Positions 18,109 to 27,797 are shown, counted from the stretch's first letter. The stretch is 64,000 nucleotides of DNA from an uncultured Clostridia bacterium (GCA_944332315.1 CALVJT010000021.1:73568-137567); one strand, 5' to 3'. Notes: generated from the letters alone by a model not told the origin. Program-made: numbers and translations.

Positions 18109-19701
18109 ATGACAATAAATATGCTATTTAGCGTCAGTATCGGTGTTTTCCCATTAATTTTAATAATTTTAGGTTGTGTGGCTATAGGGGTTATTGGCGG
18201 TTATTTTTTATATAGATTTATTATACAAAAAAGAATTGACAATGCTACAAAATCAGCAAAAAAGATTATTGAAGACGCCGTAAATGATGCTAAAGCCCAA
18301 AAGAAAGAACTTATACTAGAGGCGAAAGACGAAATTTTCAAACTTAAAGCAGATAATGACTTGGAAATGAAGGAAAGGCGACAGGAAATTCAAAGAATAG
18401 AGGATCGAGTCCTTCAAAGAGAAGAATATCAAAATAAAAAAGAACAAAGTTTGGAACTTAAAGTAGAACAATTAGAAACATTCAAACAACAACTGGATAA
18501 TAAAGAATTAGAATTGCAATCTTTTCAAGATGAACTTGATAAAAAGAAAGAGGATATTACTAAAGAGCTTGAAAGGGTGGCTATGATGTCTACCGAACAG
18601 GCGCGTAAAGTGCTTATAGATAGCATTAGAGACGAGACAAGAAAAAGCATTGCTTCCGAAATAAAAACTATGGAAGAAGAAGCTAAGCAAAATGCCGATA
18701 GATATGCTATTGATATTATCACGCAAGCTATTCAAAGGTGCGCTACAGAGTACACTGCCGAGATTACTGTTTCTACAGTAAGTATTCCTAACGAGGAAAT
18801 GAAAGGGCGCCTTATTGGTAGAGAGGGGCGTAACATTCGTGCTATAGAAAACGCTACTGGAGTTGACTTGATTATTGATGATACACCAGAATCTGTTGTT
18901 CTATCTAGTTTTGACCCTTTAAGGCGCGAAATAGCGCGAAGGACTATTGAAAAGTTAATGCTAGATGGCAGAATTAACCCTGCGAGAGTAGAGGAAATGG
19001 CCCAGAAAGTTACAAAGGATATTGAAATAGAAATGCGACAAACCGGTGAGGAAGTGTCTTATGAAGCAGACGTACACGGACTTCATCCTGCGCTATGCGT
19101 ACTTTTAGGGCGCCTAAAGTATAGAACAAGCTATGGACAAAATGTGTTAGTCCATTCACTGGAAGTTTCTAGACTTGCTTGTCTTTTGGCAACAGAACTA
19201 GGGGTAGACGTAGAAACTGCCAAACGCGGTGGGTTATTGCACGATATAGGCAAAGCAGTCGACCAAGAAGTTGAAGGAACGCATGTTGAACTTGGTGTTC
19301 AATTAGCAAAAAAATATAAAGAAAATGATGCAGTTATACATTGTATTGAAGCGCATCATGGAGATGTTCCTTTTAATTCCATAGAGGCAATACTTGTGCA
19401 AGTTGCGGATGCGATATCAAGTGCTAGACCCGGTGCTAGAAGGGAAAGCCTTGAAACTTACATTAAAAGAGTTGAAAAACTTGAGGAAATTTCTAACTCA
19501 TTTAATGGGGTGGAAAAAGCTTATGCAATTCAAGCTGGTAGAGAAATACGGGTTATAGTAAAACCCGAGGAAATTACTGATGACGAAGCAATGTTTTTAG
19601 CAAAAGATATTGCTAAAAAGATTGAGGAGGAAGTTGAGTATCCAGGACAAATTAAAGTCAATGTCATCAGAGAAACTAGAAAAACAGAATATGCAAAATA
19701 A
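18109..19701 (+). CDS. rny: Ribonuclease Y
   Basis: N-terminal TM helix, coiled-coil region, KH domain (GREGRNIRA) and HD domain (LLHDIGKA). Confidence 0.95.
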   Translation: MTINMLFSVSIGVFPLILIILGCVAIGVIGGYFLYRFIIQKRIDNATKSAKKIIEDAVNDAKAQKKELILEAKDEIFKLKADNDLEMKERRQEIQRIEDRVLQREEYQNKKEQSLELKVEQLETFKQQLDNKELELQSFQDELDKKKEDITKELERVAMMSTEQARKVLIDSIRDETRKSIASEIKTMEEEAKQNADRYAIDIITQAIQRCATEYTAEITVSTVSIPNEEMKGRLIGREGRNIRAIENATGVDLIIDDTPESVVLSSFDPLRREIARRTIEKLMLDGRINPARVEEMAQKVTKDIEIEMRQTGEEVSYEADVHGLHPALCVLLGRLKYRTSYGQNVLVHSLEVSRLACLLATELGVDVETAKRGGLLHDIGKAVDQEVEGTHVELGVQLAKKYKENDAVIHCIEAHHGDVPFNSIEAILVQVADAISSARPGARRESLETYIKRVEKLEEISNSFNGVEKAYAIQAGREIRVIVKPEEITDDEAMFLAKDIAKKIEEEVEYPGQIKVNVIRETRKTEYAK

Positions 19702-19724
19702 AAACGACTATTAATAGTCGTTTT
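19701..19724. terminator. Bidirectional terminator between convergent rny and rnhA
   Basis: Perfect palindrome AAAACGACTATT/AATAGTCGTTTT with an A-tract on one side and a T-tract on the other. Confidence 0.6.
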
Positions 19725-20167
19725 TATTCTTTTATATTTTTTTGAATTTGTCCTCGTGCTAAGGCATCGCACTTATTGTTGTAAAAATTATCAGAGTGTC
19801 CTTTTACCTTGTGCCAATTTATGGTGTGTTTTTTATTAAACTCTAATAATTGTTGCCATAAGTCAATATTTTGTACTTGTTTTTTATCGGATGTTCTCCA
19901 ACCATTTTTTAGCCAAGAGGAAATCCAATCGGCAGTAAATGCATTATAGATATAGGCAGAATCTGTATAGATATCAATTATACAGGGTTCTTTTACTTGC
20001 TCTAATGCTGATATAACAGCCTGCAATTCCATCCTATTATTGGTAGTGTTAGGATGAAAACCTGCAATTTCTTTTTTGGTATTTTTATATATTAAAACCG
20101 CTCCCCAACCACCAGGTCCGGGATTGTATGAGCATGCGCCATCAGTGTAAATTGTTATATTTTTCAT
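19724..20167 (-). CDS. rnhA: Ribonuclease HI
   Basis: MKNITIYTDGAC...GPGGWGAVL, ...TNNRMELQAV..., DSAY and H..D motifs of type 1 RNase H. ATG 20167 is preferred over the TTG at 20191. Confidence 0.9.
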   Translation of the reverse strand: MKNITIYTDGACSYNPGPGGWGAVLIYKNTKKEIAGFHPNTTNNRMELQAVISALEQVKEPCIIDIYTDSAYIYNAFTADWISSWLKNGWRTSDKKQVQNIDLWQQLLEFNKKHTINWHKVKGHSDNFYNNKCDALARGQIQKNIKE

Positions 20168-20173
20168 AACAAA

Positions 20174-20202
20174 ATTATAGCAAAGTAACAAAAATTTTTC
20201 AA
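20174..20202 (-). promoter_or_regulatory. Putative rnhA promoter; predicts a leaderless mRNA
   Basis: On the minus strand: TTGAAA (20197-20202), 17-nt spacer, TGcTATAAT (-10 at 20174-20179), then 6 nt to ATG 20167. No SD is present. Confidence 0.45.
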
Positions 20203-21030
20203 TTAAAAAATGTTGTTTTTTACAAAATTATTGAAATTTAATGATATTATTTTTGTAATATCTTGTTTTTTATACCCATGTTGTGTAAAAGAATCAAACA
20301 ATTTCTTAAAATCAAAATAGTTTTTTAGCTCTGATGGTAAGTTTTTAGTTCCATAAAAATCACTGCCTATTCCTACATTATCTACTCCAAACTTTTGTAC
20401 GATGGAATCTATATTTTTGTAAACATCGTCAATTGTGCATGTTTTATTATTTGTTAAGAAGGAGCTTACAAATGTTATGCCAACAAACCCTTTAGAATCG
20501 ACAATCGCCTTTATTTGTTCAATGTCTAAATTGCGTCTATGTTCCGTTAAATTGAAACATGTATGAGAATTAAATAGTGGCATATCTATGTAATTAATAA
20601 TTTGCCAAAAACTTTGTCTATTAAGATGCGCCGTATCAATCATAATTTTATTTTTGATAAGTTGTTTTATTAAATGTTTGCCTTTATATGTAAGTCCACC
20701 ATAATCTTGCGCGCCACAAGCAAATTGATTTTTATAATTCCAAGTTAAAGAACAAGAGAAAGGCTTAAACTCAATAAGTTTTTCTATTTCGTTAGAAGTT
20801 AAAAAGTTTAAATTTTCAAATGAAAAAATACAATGTTGCTTTAGATAAGAATATTTTGATATTTTTTCTTTTAGTTGTCTTGCTTTGTGTATGCTAAAAT
20901 TTTTATCTTTAGAAAAAAGAATAGCGTTACATAGGGTAACATTATTCTTTTCAAATTCGCTATTTAATTTTTCTAAATTGCACTCATTGCTTGTCAAAAA
21001 ATCGTTGTGTGAATCACTTATCAAAAACAT
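20203..21030 (-). CDS. Membrane dipeptidase family protein (peptidase M19-like)
   Basis: DSHNDF, LTWNYKN, IDTAHL, NSHT..HRRNL and GIGSDFYG match the renal-dipeptidase family motif order. Confidence 0.75.
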   Translation of the reverse strand: MFLISDSHNDFLTSNECNLEKLNSEFEKNNVTLCNAILFSKDKNFSIHKARQLKEKISKYSYLKQHCIFSFENLNFLTSNEIEKLIEFKPFSCSLTWNYKNQFACGAQDYGGLTYKGKHLIKQLIKNKIMIDTAHLNRQSFWQIINYIDMPLFNSHTCFNLTEHRRNLDIEQIKAIVDSKGFVGITFVSSFLTNNKTCTIDDVYKNIDSIVQKFGVDNVGIGSDFYGTKNLPSELKNYFDFKKLFDSFTQHGYKKQDITKIISLNFNNFVKNNIF

Positions 21031-22793
21031 TATTCTATATCTCGCTTCTTGAATATAATGTATGTTGCAACAAGTAAAATTGCTACAAATGCCAACATTA
21101 TAATTAAACTAATATAGAAGTTTAAGTCAGATAGTATCGGGCTCGAAAAATCTAAACCTAAGATATTCCCCGTAGTGGATACAAATGCTCCGCCAAAGAA
21201 TCTAAATAAATCTACATTTGCAAATGGTAAATATCCATAAATAGGGCTATCACCAAAAAGATTACCAAACAGTGCCACAAAGATGTATATCATTACAGAT
21301 ATTATAACTGCAGCTATATTGCTCTTAAATGCTGTAGAAATAAATACTGCTAAAATGGTGTATACAATAATTCTGACCAATAGTAATGCTAAAAATATAA
21401 AGAATAGGGCAGATGCAGAAATAGTTGAGGCAGATTCCGCATTAAATATCAGTAGAATAGGGGCACTGCTAAGTCCGTATAGCCTTGCACCTATAATAAA
21501 TGTAGTCAGCGTTCCTATTATTAGGAATATAACACCAATCAAGAAAGTTGCCATCAACTTGCCAGTAATTATTTTGTTCCTTCTATAAGGTCTTATGGCA
21601 AGCATTTTCATCGTTCCGCCAGAAGTTTCTCCCGCAATCATTCCAGAGCCTATAATTACGCAGTATATGATTATTACAAAACTTAAAAATTCAAGAGCAT
21701 AGTACATAAAATCGTATGCATTGGTGTCCGCGTTGGAATTAGCATTCGATTGAAAAACATTGGCATATTCATAGCTGTATGTGTTATTTTCAAACAAATA
21801 TATGTTTTTTGTTAACTCTTCATTTTTTTGATACTTGTTAAATCCATGTAAATCTGTATAAGTATAACTATTCAAACTTGATGTTGATATATTATCAACA
21901 ATGTCAAGTAAAATATAATTAGTGATTATTGTATCGACTTCATCTATGGTTAATCTATAGTTATCTGCAAGCCTTTTCATATCACTTATTGACTGTGCAC
22001 TCATATTTGTTTCGGTACTGGCAAGGGCTGAATTGTAGATTTCATCCATTTCGGCAATTATCGCACTCAGTTTGTCTGGCGTTGCCAAATAATAATTGTT
22101 GTATATATCGTTCAAAAGTTCATTAGAAACTTGTACCTCACTTATATTTTCTAATAAACTTGAAAGGGTAGTTAATTGCTCACGCTCGTTTATGCTTTCT
22201 ATAATTCTTAGGTGGTGCGCAATTTCACGGTCATCACCAGTTGTAGAAATTTCGTTAATTAATTGATTTAATATTCTTAGAATTGTCTCATTATCGTTGT
22301 TGGTTATGAGTAGTGTCAAAAACTTTTCGTTAACACTATTATAGGTATCTGTTAAAGAAAGTATTGATGTTCTTACAGTTGTTTTTTGCGAAATAATTGA
22401 ATTTATTGCAGTTTGAGTTCCATTGTAGTTGGACACTAGGCTTGCATATTCATTAAAAGCGCTAACTAAATTATTTAATGCATTTTCCAAAGTATTTTTA
22501 TTTACAATACTTTCATCATTGCCCAAATAATAGTTAATCATAGAATCTACATTTGCAAGTTTTTCATCATAAACTAATTTATTCTGATTATTATTAAAAT
22601 TTTGATAAACAGCTGTTACGCTATCTCCTTGAATGCTATCTAGTTCCATTAAGTCTTGACGGGGCGTAGGGTCAAACATTAAAACCGATACCACTATAGC
22701 TAGCACAAAGAAACCTGTCATAATAAATATGGCAGGGCGGACAAATATTTTATCTAGTTCTCCGCGCGTTATTCTCCAAAAAGAATTCATCAT
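21030..22793 (-). CDS. ABC-2 type transporter permease with a large extracytoplasmic domain
   Basis: One N-terminal TM helix, a ~330-aa polar and helical region, then five C-terminal TM helices. Lies directly downstream of the ABC ATPase gene. Confidence 0.65.
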   Translation of the reverse strand: MMNSFWRITRGELDKIFVRPAIFIMTGFFVLAIVVSVLMFDPTPRQDLMELDSIQGDSVTAVYQNFNNNQNKLVYDEKLANVDSMINYYLGNDESIVNKNTLENALNNLVSAFNEYASLVSNYNGTQTAINSIISQKTTVRTSILSLTDTYNSVNEKFLTLLITNNDNETILRILNQLINEISTTGDDREIAHHLRIIESINEREQLTTLSSLLENISEVQVSNELLNDIYNNYYLATPDKLSAIIAEMDEIYNSALASTETNMSAQSISDMKRLADNYRLTIDEVDTIITNYILLDIVDNISTSSLNSYTYTDLHGFNKYQKNEELTKNIYLFENNTYSYEYANVFQSNANSNADTNAYDFMYYALEFLSFVIIIYCVIIGSGMIAGETSGGTMKMLAIRPYRRNKIITGKLMATFLIGVIFLIIGTLTTFIIGARLYGLSSAPILLIFNAESASTISASALFFIFLALLLVRIIVYTILAVFISTAFKSNIAAVIISVMIYIFVALFGNLFGDSPIYGYLPFANVDLFRFFGGAFVSTTGNILGLDFSSPILSDLNFYISLIIMLAFVAILLVATYIIFKKRDIE

Positions 22794-22801
22794 TTACCTC
22801 T

Positions 22802-23722
22802 TTAATTATCGTTACCATTTACTACATCTAAAAACATTTGTTCCAGTGATTTAGAAACTGCTGTAATTCCAAAAATTGGAATCTTCATAGATATTAAGTA
22901 GGAAGTTACCTTAGGAATATCTTTTTCAAGCATTTCACAAACCACATTTTGCCCAGCAACATCTACTTTATAGCCAAATTTGTTTGCAATTAATTTACCT
23001 GCAAAATTAGGGTAGTTTACTTTAATAGCTATTTTAGATTTAACATTCAAATCACTAGACAAATTTTTTACTGAACGCATTTGTTTTAGTTTGCCGTGAT
23101 CTATAATAGCAACCGTATTACAAAGTGCTTCCATTTCACTCAAAATATGACTAGAAACTAAAATAGCTGTCTTTTCTTTTTTTGCTAGATTTTTTAAAAA
23201 AATACGCATTTCTAATATGCCATTAGGGTCTAACCCGTTAGTTGGCTCGTCCAGTATTAAAATTTTAGGGTTATGCAACAAGGCTTGCGCAATACCTAAT
23301 CGTTGTTTCATACCAAGCGAATAGGTTTTTACTTTATCCTTAATTCTATCCTTTAAGCCTACAAGTTCGGCAACTTCCTCTATGCGAGATTTTGGTATGC
23401 CTTTATATAAATTTGCATAGTATCTTAAATTTTGTTTGCCAGACATATAACCATATAGGGTAGGGGTTTCTATTATGGCACCTACATTTCGTATAGCTTT
23501 TTCAAAATTGCTTTTAATCGATACGCCACAAATTTTAACATCTCCGCTTGTAATTTTGCTTAGTCCAGTAATCATTTTTATAATTGTAGATTTACCTGCA
23601 CCATTCGGCCCAAGTAATCCCACTATTTCTCCTTCATACACATCAAAGGAGACATTATCAACCGCTATGCGGTCTTTGTATTTTTTTGTTAAATTTGTAG
23701 CAATTAATACCTTGTTGACCAA
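22802..23722 (-). CDS. ABC transporter ATP-binding protein
   Basis: Walker A GPNGAGKST, signature YSLGMKQRL, Walker B ILILDEP. TTG start preceded by GGAAGGTGA. Confidence 0.9.
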   Translation of the reverse strand: MVNKVLIATNLTKKYKDRIAVDNVSFDVYEGEIVGLLGPNGAGKSTIIKMITGLSKITSGDVKICGVSIKSNFEKAIRNVGAIIETPTLYGYMSGKQNLRYYANLYKGIPKSRIEEVAELVGLKDRIKDKVKTYSLGMKQRLGIAQALLHNPKILILDEPTNGLDPNGILEMRIFLKNLAKKEKTAILVSSHILSEMEALCNTVAIIDHGKLKQMRSVKNLSSDLNVKSKIAIKVNYPNFAGKLIANKFGYKVDVAGQNVVCEMLEKDIPKVTSYLISMKIPIFGITAVSKSLEQMFLDVVNGNDN

Positions 23723-23835
23723 AGTTCACCTTCCATACAAGGATTATATCATATAAAATTAAAATAGTAAACAAATCTTATTAAATTTGTTTTAATTTAT
23801 TAAAAAATGTTGTATAATAATATAACTGGTGTGAA

Positions 23836-24795
23836 ATGAATCAAGAATTAAAACGAATTTTAACTATCATTGTTTCAATTTTATCTATTGCTCTAGCTGT
23901 AGTTACTCTATCTATTGAGTGGGATCAGACTTGGTGGATAAAATGGGGCGTTGCTTTATATTTTATAATAGTATCCAATGTTTTGCTTGTTGCATATTTT
24001 AAGAATTATTCAAAAACATATAAGCTTTGCATTACATTACAAATTGTTGGGTATGTGGTTGTTGCTATATATGTGATTTGCTATTTTAATGGCTGGCTTT
24101 CATATTTAGAGGACCCAGAAAAAATAAAAGAAATGATACAAAGTGTTGGTATTTGGGGTATTCTAATCTTTTTCTTAATTCAATTTGCACAAGTTTTGTT
24201 TGCGCCTATTCCGTCTATGGCTACTACTTTAGTTGGCGTGGCAATATATGGTCCATTAGTTGCTTCATTAGTAAGTATAGTAGGCGTGCTATTGGGCAGT
24301 TTTCTAGCATTCTTTTTGGGTAGAGTGTTTGGACGAAAAATTGTTGAATGGATAGCAGGCGTTGAACAGACTAAAAAATATTGTGATATATTAAATAAAA
24401 AAGGAAAATACCTATTAATTTTAATGTTCTTATTCCCAGTATTCCCAGATGATATATTGTGTTTGGTTGCTGGTGTTACAAGTATGTCTTTTAGATTTTT
24501 CTTTTTTGCAAGCTTATTTACAAGACCAATAGGTATTTTTGTAACAGCCTATTTTGGAAGCGGGCAATTAATTCCATATAGCGGTTGGGGATTATATGTT
24601 TGGCCAATATTAATTATATTGCTTATTGTAGTGTTTGTACTTTGTTGGAAGTATCAAGATAAATTTGAACAATATTTTATAAACAAATTCTCTAAAATTA
24701 AAAAACAAGAAAGTAAGAACTCTTTGAAAAGTGAAAATAAACTTGAACAAAGTTCTAATACTAAAAAAGAAAACGATCAAACCAGTAAAAACTAA
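23836..24795 (+). CDS. TVP38/TMEM64 (DedA-related) family membrane protein
   Basis: Multi-TM protein. FAPIPSMATTLVGVAIYG...GSFLAFFLGR core typical of the SNARE-associated/DedA superfamily. Confidence 0.7.
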   Translation: MNQELKRILTIIVSILSIALAVVTLSIEWDQTWWIKWGVALYFIIVSNVLLVAYFKNYSKTYKLCITLQIVGYVVVAIYVICYFNGWLSYLEDPEKIKEMIQSVGIWGILIFFLIQFAQVLFAPIPSMATTLVGVAIYGPLVASLVSIVGVLLGSFLAFFLGRVFGRKIVEWIAGVEQTKKYCDILNKKGKYLLILMFLFPVFPDDILCLVAGVTSMSFRFFFFASLFTRPIGIFVTAYFGSGQLIPYSGWGLYVWPILIILLIVVFVLCWKYQDKFEQYFINKFSKIKKQESKNSLKSENKLEQSSNTKKENDQTSKN

Positions 24796-25113
24796 CTAAA
24801 AATTGCAAGTAAAACTCATTGCGCAAAGTTTTATTTTTGCATTTTTTTGTTTTAAAATAGTATGAATTGCTGTAATGATTTGAATGCGAAATTGCATTAT
24901 TAACCAAATGCATTATCTTATATGCTGTTTTATAATTCCTGTATATGAAGGATAAATTAAGGAAAATGTTAACGGAATTAAAGGCTCTTTCAAACCTTTC
25001 TTTAATTATTATAAATCAAGTCATTAATCTGCGAAACAGACCACATTTTTAGTTTGTTTAGGCTTTGCTTATAATTTTTTAGTTTTTTTTGCACAAAGTC
25101 TTTACATATATGT

Positions 25114-25142
25114 ATATTAAAAAAAGACCATTAAAGGTCTTT
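25114..25142 (-). terminator. Terminator after the PadR-like gene
   Basis: AAAGACC (25123-25129) pairs with GGTCTTT (25136-25142). A T-run follows on the minus strand. Confidence 0.5.
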
Positions 25143-26829
25143 ATTCTTCTCTAAAGGCTTTTAGTTGTAGAAGAAGTGATTTATATAAATAATCTATGTA
25201 TATAACTAATGATGCTACTATTGGCAATACAATAAATGGTAAAAAATCTATAATATTGGAGGAATTTAGTCCGCACAGTAAGTTAATTGAAATCGTCAAC
25301 AATACTATTACAGCAAAAATTATCGACCTAGGCAAAAGCTCCTTTTGCATATTATAATATCCTAATACTTTACTATGATTTTTGCCGGCTATAAATGCAT
25401 ATACAACTGGATATATAAGACCGACTGATAGAATGCCTATTATTAAATAGGATATAGATTGCAACTCTGTAAGAGATTCTTTGAACGCAAAGTAGCATAT
25501 AAACATTAAACCCAGTAGGGTGGCATAACTCATAATAGCTGTCAATAAATTTGTTTTATTTATGTAAACTCTGTGTGATTTTAGTTGAGATTGATTTTTT
25601 CTGTACTTTTGTACTACTATGCCACTATTTTCGCAATCCTCAATAAATTCTAGCAAAGTGACAGGGCGAACATATTCTTGTTCGACATCTTGAATTGCAT
25701 CATTTGCATTGCTAGAAGGGGTCCTATTAATTATAGAATTAAGTTTTTCGTATACAGTTTTTGAATCGTATTTGTTATAAAAATCATAATCGGATGAATA
25801 ATCGTATTTATTCTTTTGCCTTTTAAGGAAAATATTCGCTTTTAGATTATCATCTACATTGACCTTTTCTTTAAGCAGATACGAATCGACATTTTTTTGA
25901 TTATTCGAATTTACATCATCTATGTTAGGCTCACCGATATGAGCACTGGTAAAACTTTGATTTATCTCTTCATTGACCAAATTATTTTCATATAAATCAC
26001 TTTCATAAGAATACGATATTGGAGCTGTTGTACTTTTGTTGCTTACCATAGATAAGTAGTCATCTGCGTATTTGCCTTTAAGATTGGGGTCTAGCAATAT
26101 GCCTTTATCCGTTTGGCTATAAGTAGATGTTGAACTTGCATCAGAATAATTGGAATCTTTTTCGATCATATCGCCAAAAATTGTATCATAATCAATAGAA
26201 TCATCAATAATATCTTTATGCGTCAAAGTAGTAGGTTTATATAGTAGACTTGTTGAAGCATCTTGTGGTATAATTTCATCGTCTGATAAAAGGACAGCAT
26301 CTGTTTTATCGTAAACGAAAATATCATTGTTGGGTCTATTTTGTTCTTGATTATCTTGTTCAATTTTGTTTTCGTTTTGATTATTCATATAATCTAATAT
26401 AGAATAATTTTGGATTGAATCTTGTTCGGAGGCACGGGTAGGGGATGCTTGACTTGTTTCCTCTTTTAATCTTTGCGTATGCTCAATGGTATTAAAAAAA
26501 TCTGGCTGAATAGCTAATGTTGTAGATACATTTTTGCTGACATTTTCAAATTTCTTAAACTCATCGAAATTGTATGGGTGTTCCTCTATGTACTTGCGAC
26601 CTTTTTCGGTTAATGCACTATAACGCCTTTTGCCACCAATTTCACTATTTTCCCAATAGGATGTAATAAATCCATCAGATTCAAGTTTGTGTAGGTTGCT
26701 GTATAAACTAGGCAATTTTACATCCATTTGGCCATTGGTTAGATGCTTTATTTCTTTAATTATTTCTAGCCCATATTTGTTCCCGCTTTTTAAGGTGCTT
26801 AAAATAATGGCATTTAACTTTCCGCGCAT
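25141..26829 (-). CDS. PadR-family transcriptional regulator fused to a long low-complexity linker and a C-terminal 4-TM membrane anchor
   Basis: The N-terminal ~90 aa form a PadR wHTH (YGLEIIKEI...LYSNLHKLESDGFITSYW...RRYSALTEKGRKY). About 330 aa are N/D/S-rich, followed by four hydrophobic helices at the C-terminus. Confidence 0.7.
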   Translation of the reverse strand: MRGKLNAIILSTLKSGNKYGLEIIKEIKHLTNGQMDVKLPSLYSNLHKLESDGFITSYWENSEIGGKRRYSALTEKGRKYIEEHPYNFDEFKKFENVSKNVSTTLAIQPDFFNTIEHTQRLKEETSQASPTRASEQDSIQNYSILDYMNNQNENKIEQDNQEQNRPNNDIFVYDKTDAVLLSDDEIIPQDASTSLLYKPTTLTHKDIIDDSIDYDTIFGDMIEKDSNYSDASSTSTYSQTDKGILLDPNLKGKYADDYLSMVSNKSTTAPISYSYESDLYENNLVNEEINQSFTSAHIGEPNIDDVNSNNQKNVDSYLLKEKVNVDDNLKANIFLKRQKNKYDYSSDYDFYNKYDSKTVYEKLNSIINRTPSSNANDAIQDVEQEYVRPVTLLEFIEDCENSGIVVQKYRKNQSQLKSHRVYINKTNLLTAIMSYATLLGLMFICYFAFKESLTELQSISYLIIGILSVGLIYPVVYAFIAGKNHSKVLGYYNMQKELLPRSIIFAVIVLLTISINLLCGLNSSNIIDFLPFIVLPIVASLVIYIDYLYKSLLLQLKAFREE

Positions 26830-26850
26830 AAGTTATAACCTCTTAAGCAT

Positions 26851-26879
26851 ATTTTACATTTTTTTGCAATTTTTGTCAA
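26851..26879 (-). promoter_or_regulatory. Putative promoter of the PadR-like gene
   Basis: On the minus strand: TTGACA (26874-26879), 17-nt spacer, TAAAAT (26851-26856). The leader carries the SD AAGAGG. Confidence 0.5.
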
Positions 26880-26906
26880 TAAAAAACAACATAATATAAA
26901 ATATTT

Positions 26907-26966
26907 TATAATACACAATAGATAGTGTATTATAAATATAAAATACCCTAAATATGGGGTATTCTA
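26907..26966. repeat. Compound palindrome locus B (divergent PadR / ygjP-like region)
   Basis: TATAATACAC-N8-GTGTATTATA (26907-26934), a 10-nt gap, then AATACCC-N8-GGGTATT (26942-26963). Unit centres are 32 bp apart. Confidence 0.85.
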
Positions 26967-26980
26967 ATAAGGAGTTTTAT

Positions 26981-27661
26981 ATGTTAATCAATTATATTCA
27001 ACGCACTGCAAGAAAAACCTTGGCTATAACAATAGATGATAAAGGAGAAGTTATAGTTAAAGCTCCTAAAAATATGAGTGATAAAGATATCTTTAAGTTT
27101 GTAAATTCTAAGCAAAAATGGATAGAGCAAAAAGTTAATTTTATTAAAACACAAAATGCTATGTTCAACGATTTATTTAACTATAATAGTGTTTTGTTTT
27201 GTGGTAAAAAGTATAATATTTTGCGCGATAGACACTCAAAAGATATAACACTTAAAGATGATTATTTAATTATTAAACCGCTATCCACATTGAAAAGGGA
27301 AGCTAAGCAAATTGAAAAATTTTTGAAAAACAAATGTATTGAAATAGTAGGGCAAAGGCTCAAATATTTTGCAAATATTATGCAACTTGAGCCCAATAAA
27401 GTAGTTTTGAACAATTCAAAACGCAAATGGGGCACATGTGATAGTGAAGGGGTGATTAGCTTTAATTGGAGGGTTATAATGCTTTCTCCGCAATTAATAG
27501 ATTATGTAGTGGTTCATGAGTTATCGCATTTGGTAGAAATGAATCATTCTCCTGCATTTTGGGCTATAGTTTCTGCTGTTTTGCCTAATGTTAAAAATCT
27601 TAGGCATACCTTAAAACAATGCAACTTTGTATTGCAACAATTCCGTGAATTGCCGGTTTAA
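26981..27661 (+). CDS. YgjP-like metal-dependent hydrolase (DUF45 / M48-like HExxH)
   Basis: HELSHLVEMNHSPAFW zinc motif. About 226 aa. SD AAGGAG at 26969-26974. The ORF-track start at 26954 lies inside the repeat. Confidence 0.8.
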   Translation: MLINYIQRTARKTLAITIDDKGEVIVKAPKNMSDKDIFKFVNSKQKWIEQKVNFIKTQNAMFNDLFNYNSVLFCGKKYNILRDRHSKDITLKDDYLIIKPLSTLKREAKQIEKFLKNKCIEIVGQRLKYFANIMQLEPNKVVLNNSKRKWGTCDSEGVISFNWRVIMLSPQLIDYVVVHELSHLVEMNHSPAFWAIVSAVLPNVKNLRHTLKQCNFVLQQFRELPV

Positions 27662-27754
27662 TTTCATTTTTAAGGGATAAAAATTGCATTTTTTTTTATA
27701 TAAGATTAAGGATTATTTGATTTTTAGAGTGGGGGTATAGTATAAAAAGCATAT

Positions 27755-27797
27755 CCACATCTATTCGCTAAAGACAACTTTAGCGAATAGATAGTGG
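27755..27797. other. Strong isolated hairpin (19-bp stem with one bulge, loop ACAA)
   Basis: CCACATCTATTCGCTAAAG (27755-27773) pairs with CTTTAGCGAATAGATaGTGG (27778-27797). No adjacent T-run on the plus strand. Confidence 0.6.

Noticed and set aside
24945-25052. 35-codon ORF (MKDKLRKMLTELKAL...) in the gap after the TVP38 gene
   Set aside because: It has no SD and no supporting promoter or terminator context. It could arise by chance in AT-rich sequence.
26907-26966. Reading the palindromes as classical PadR operators
   Set aside because: As I recall, the PadR consensus is ATGT-N8-ACAT. Here the arms read ACAC-N8-GTGT, which is the opposite polarity and different bases. PadR binding is kept only as an alternative to be tested.
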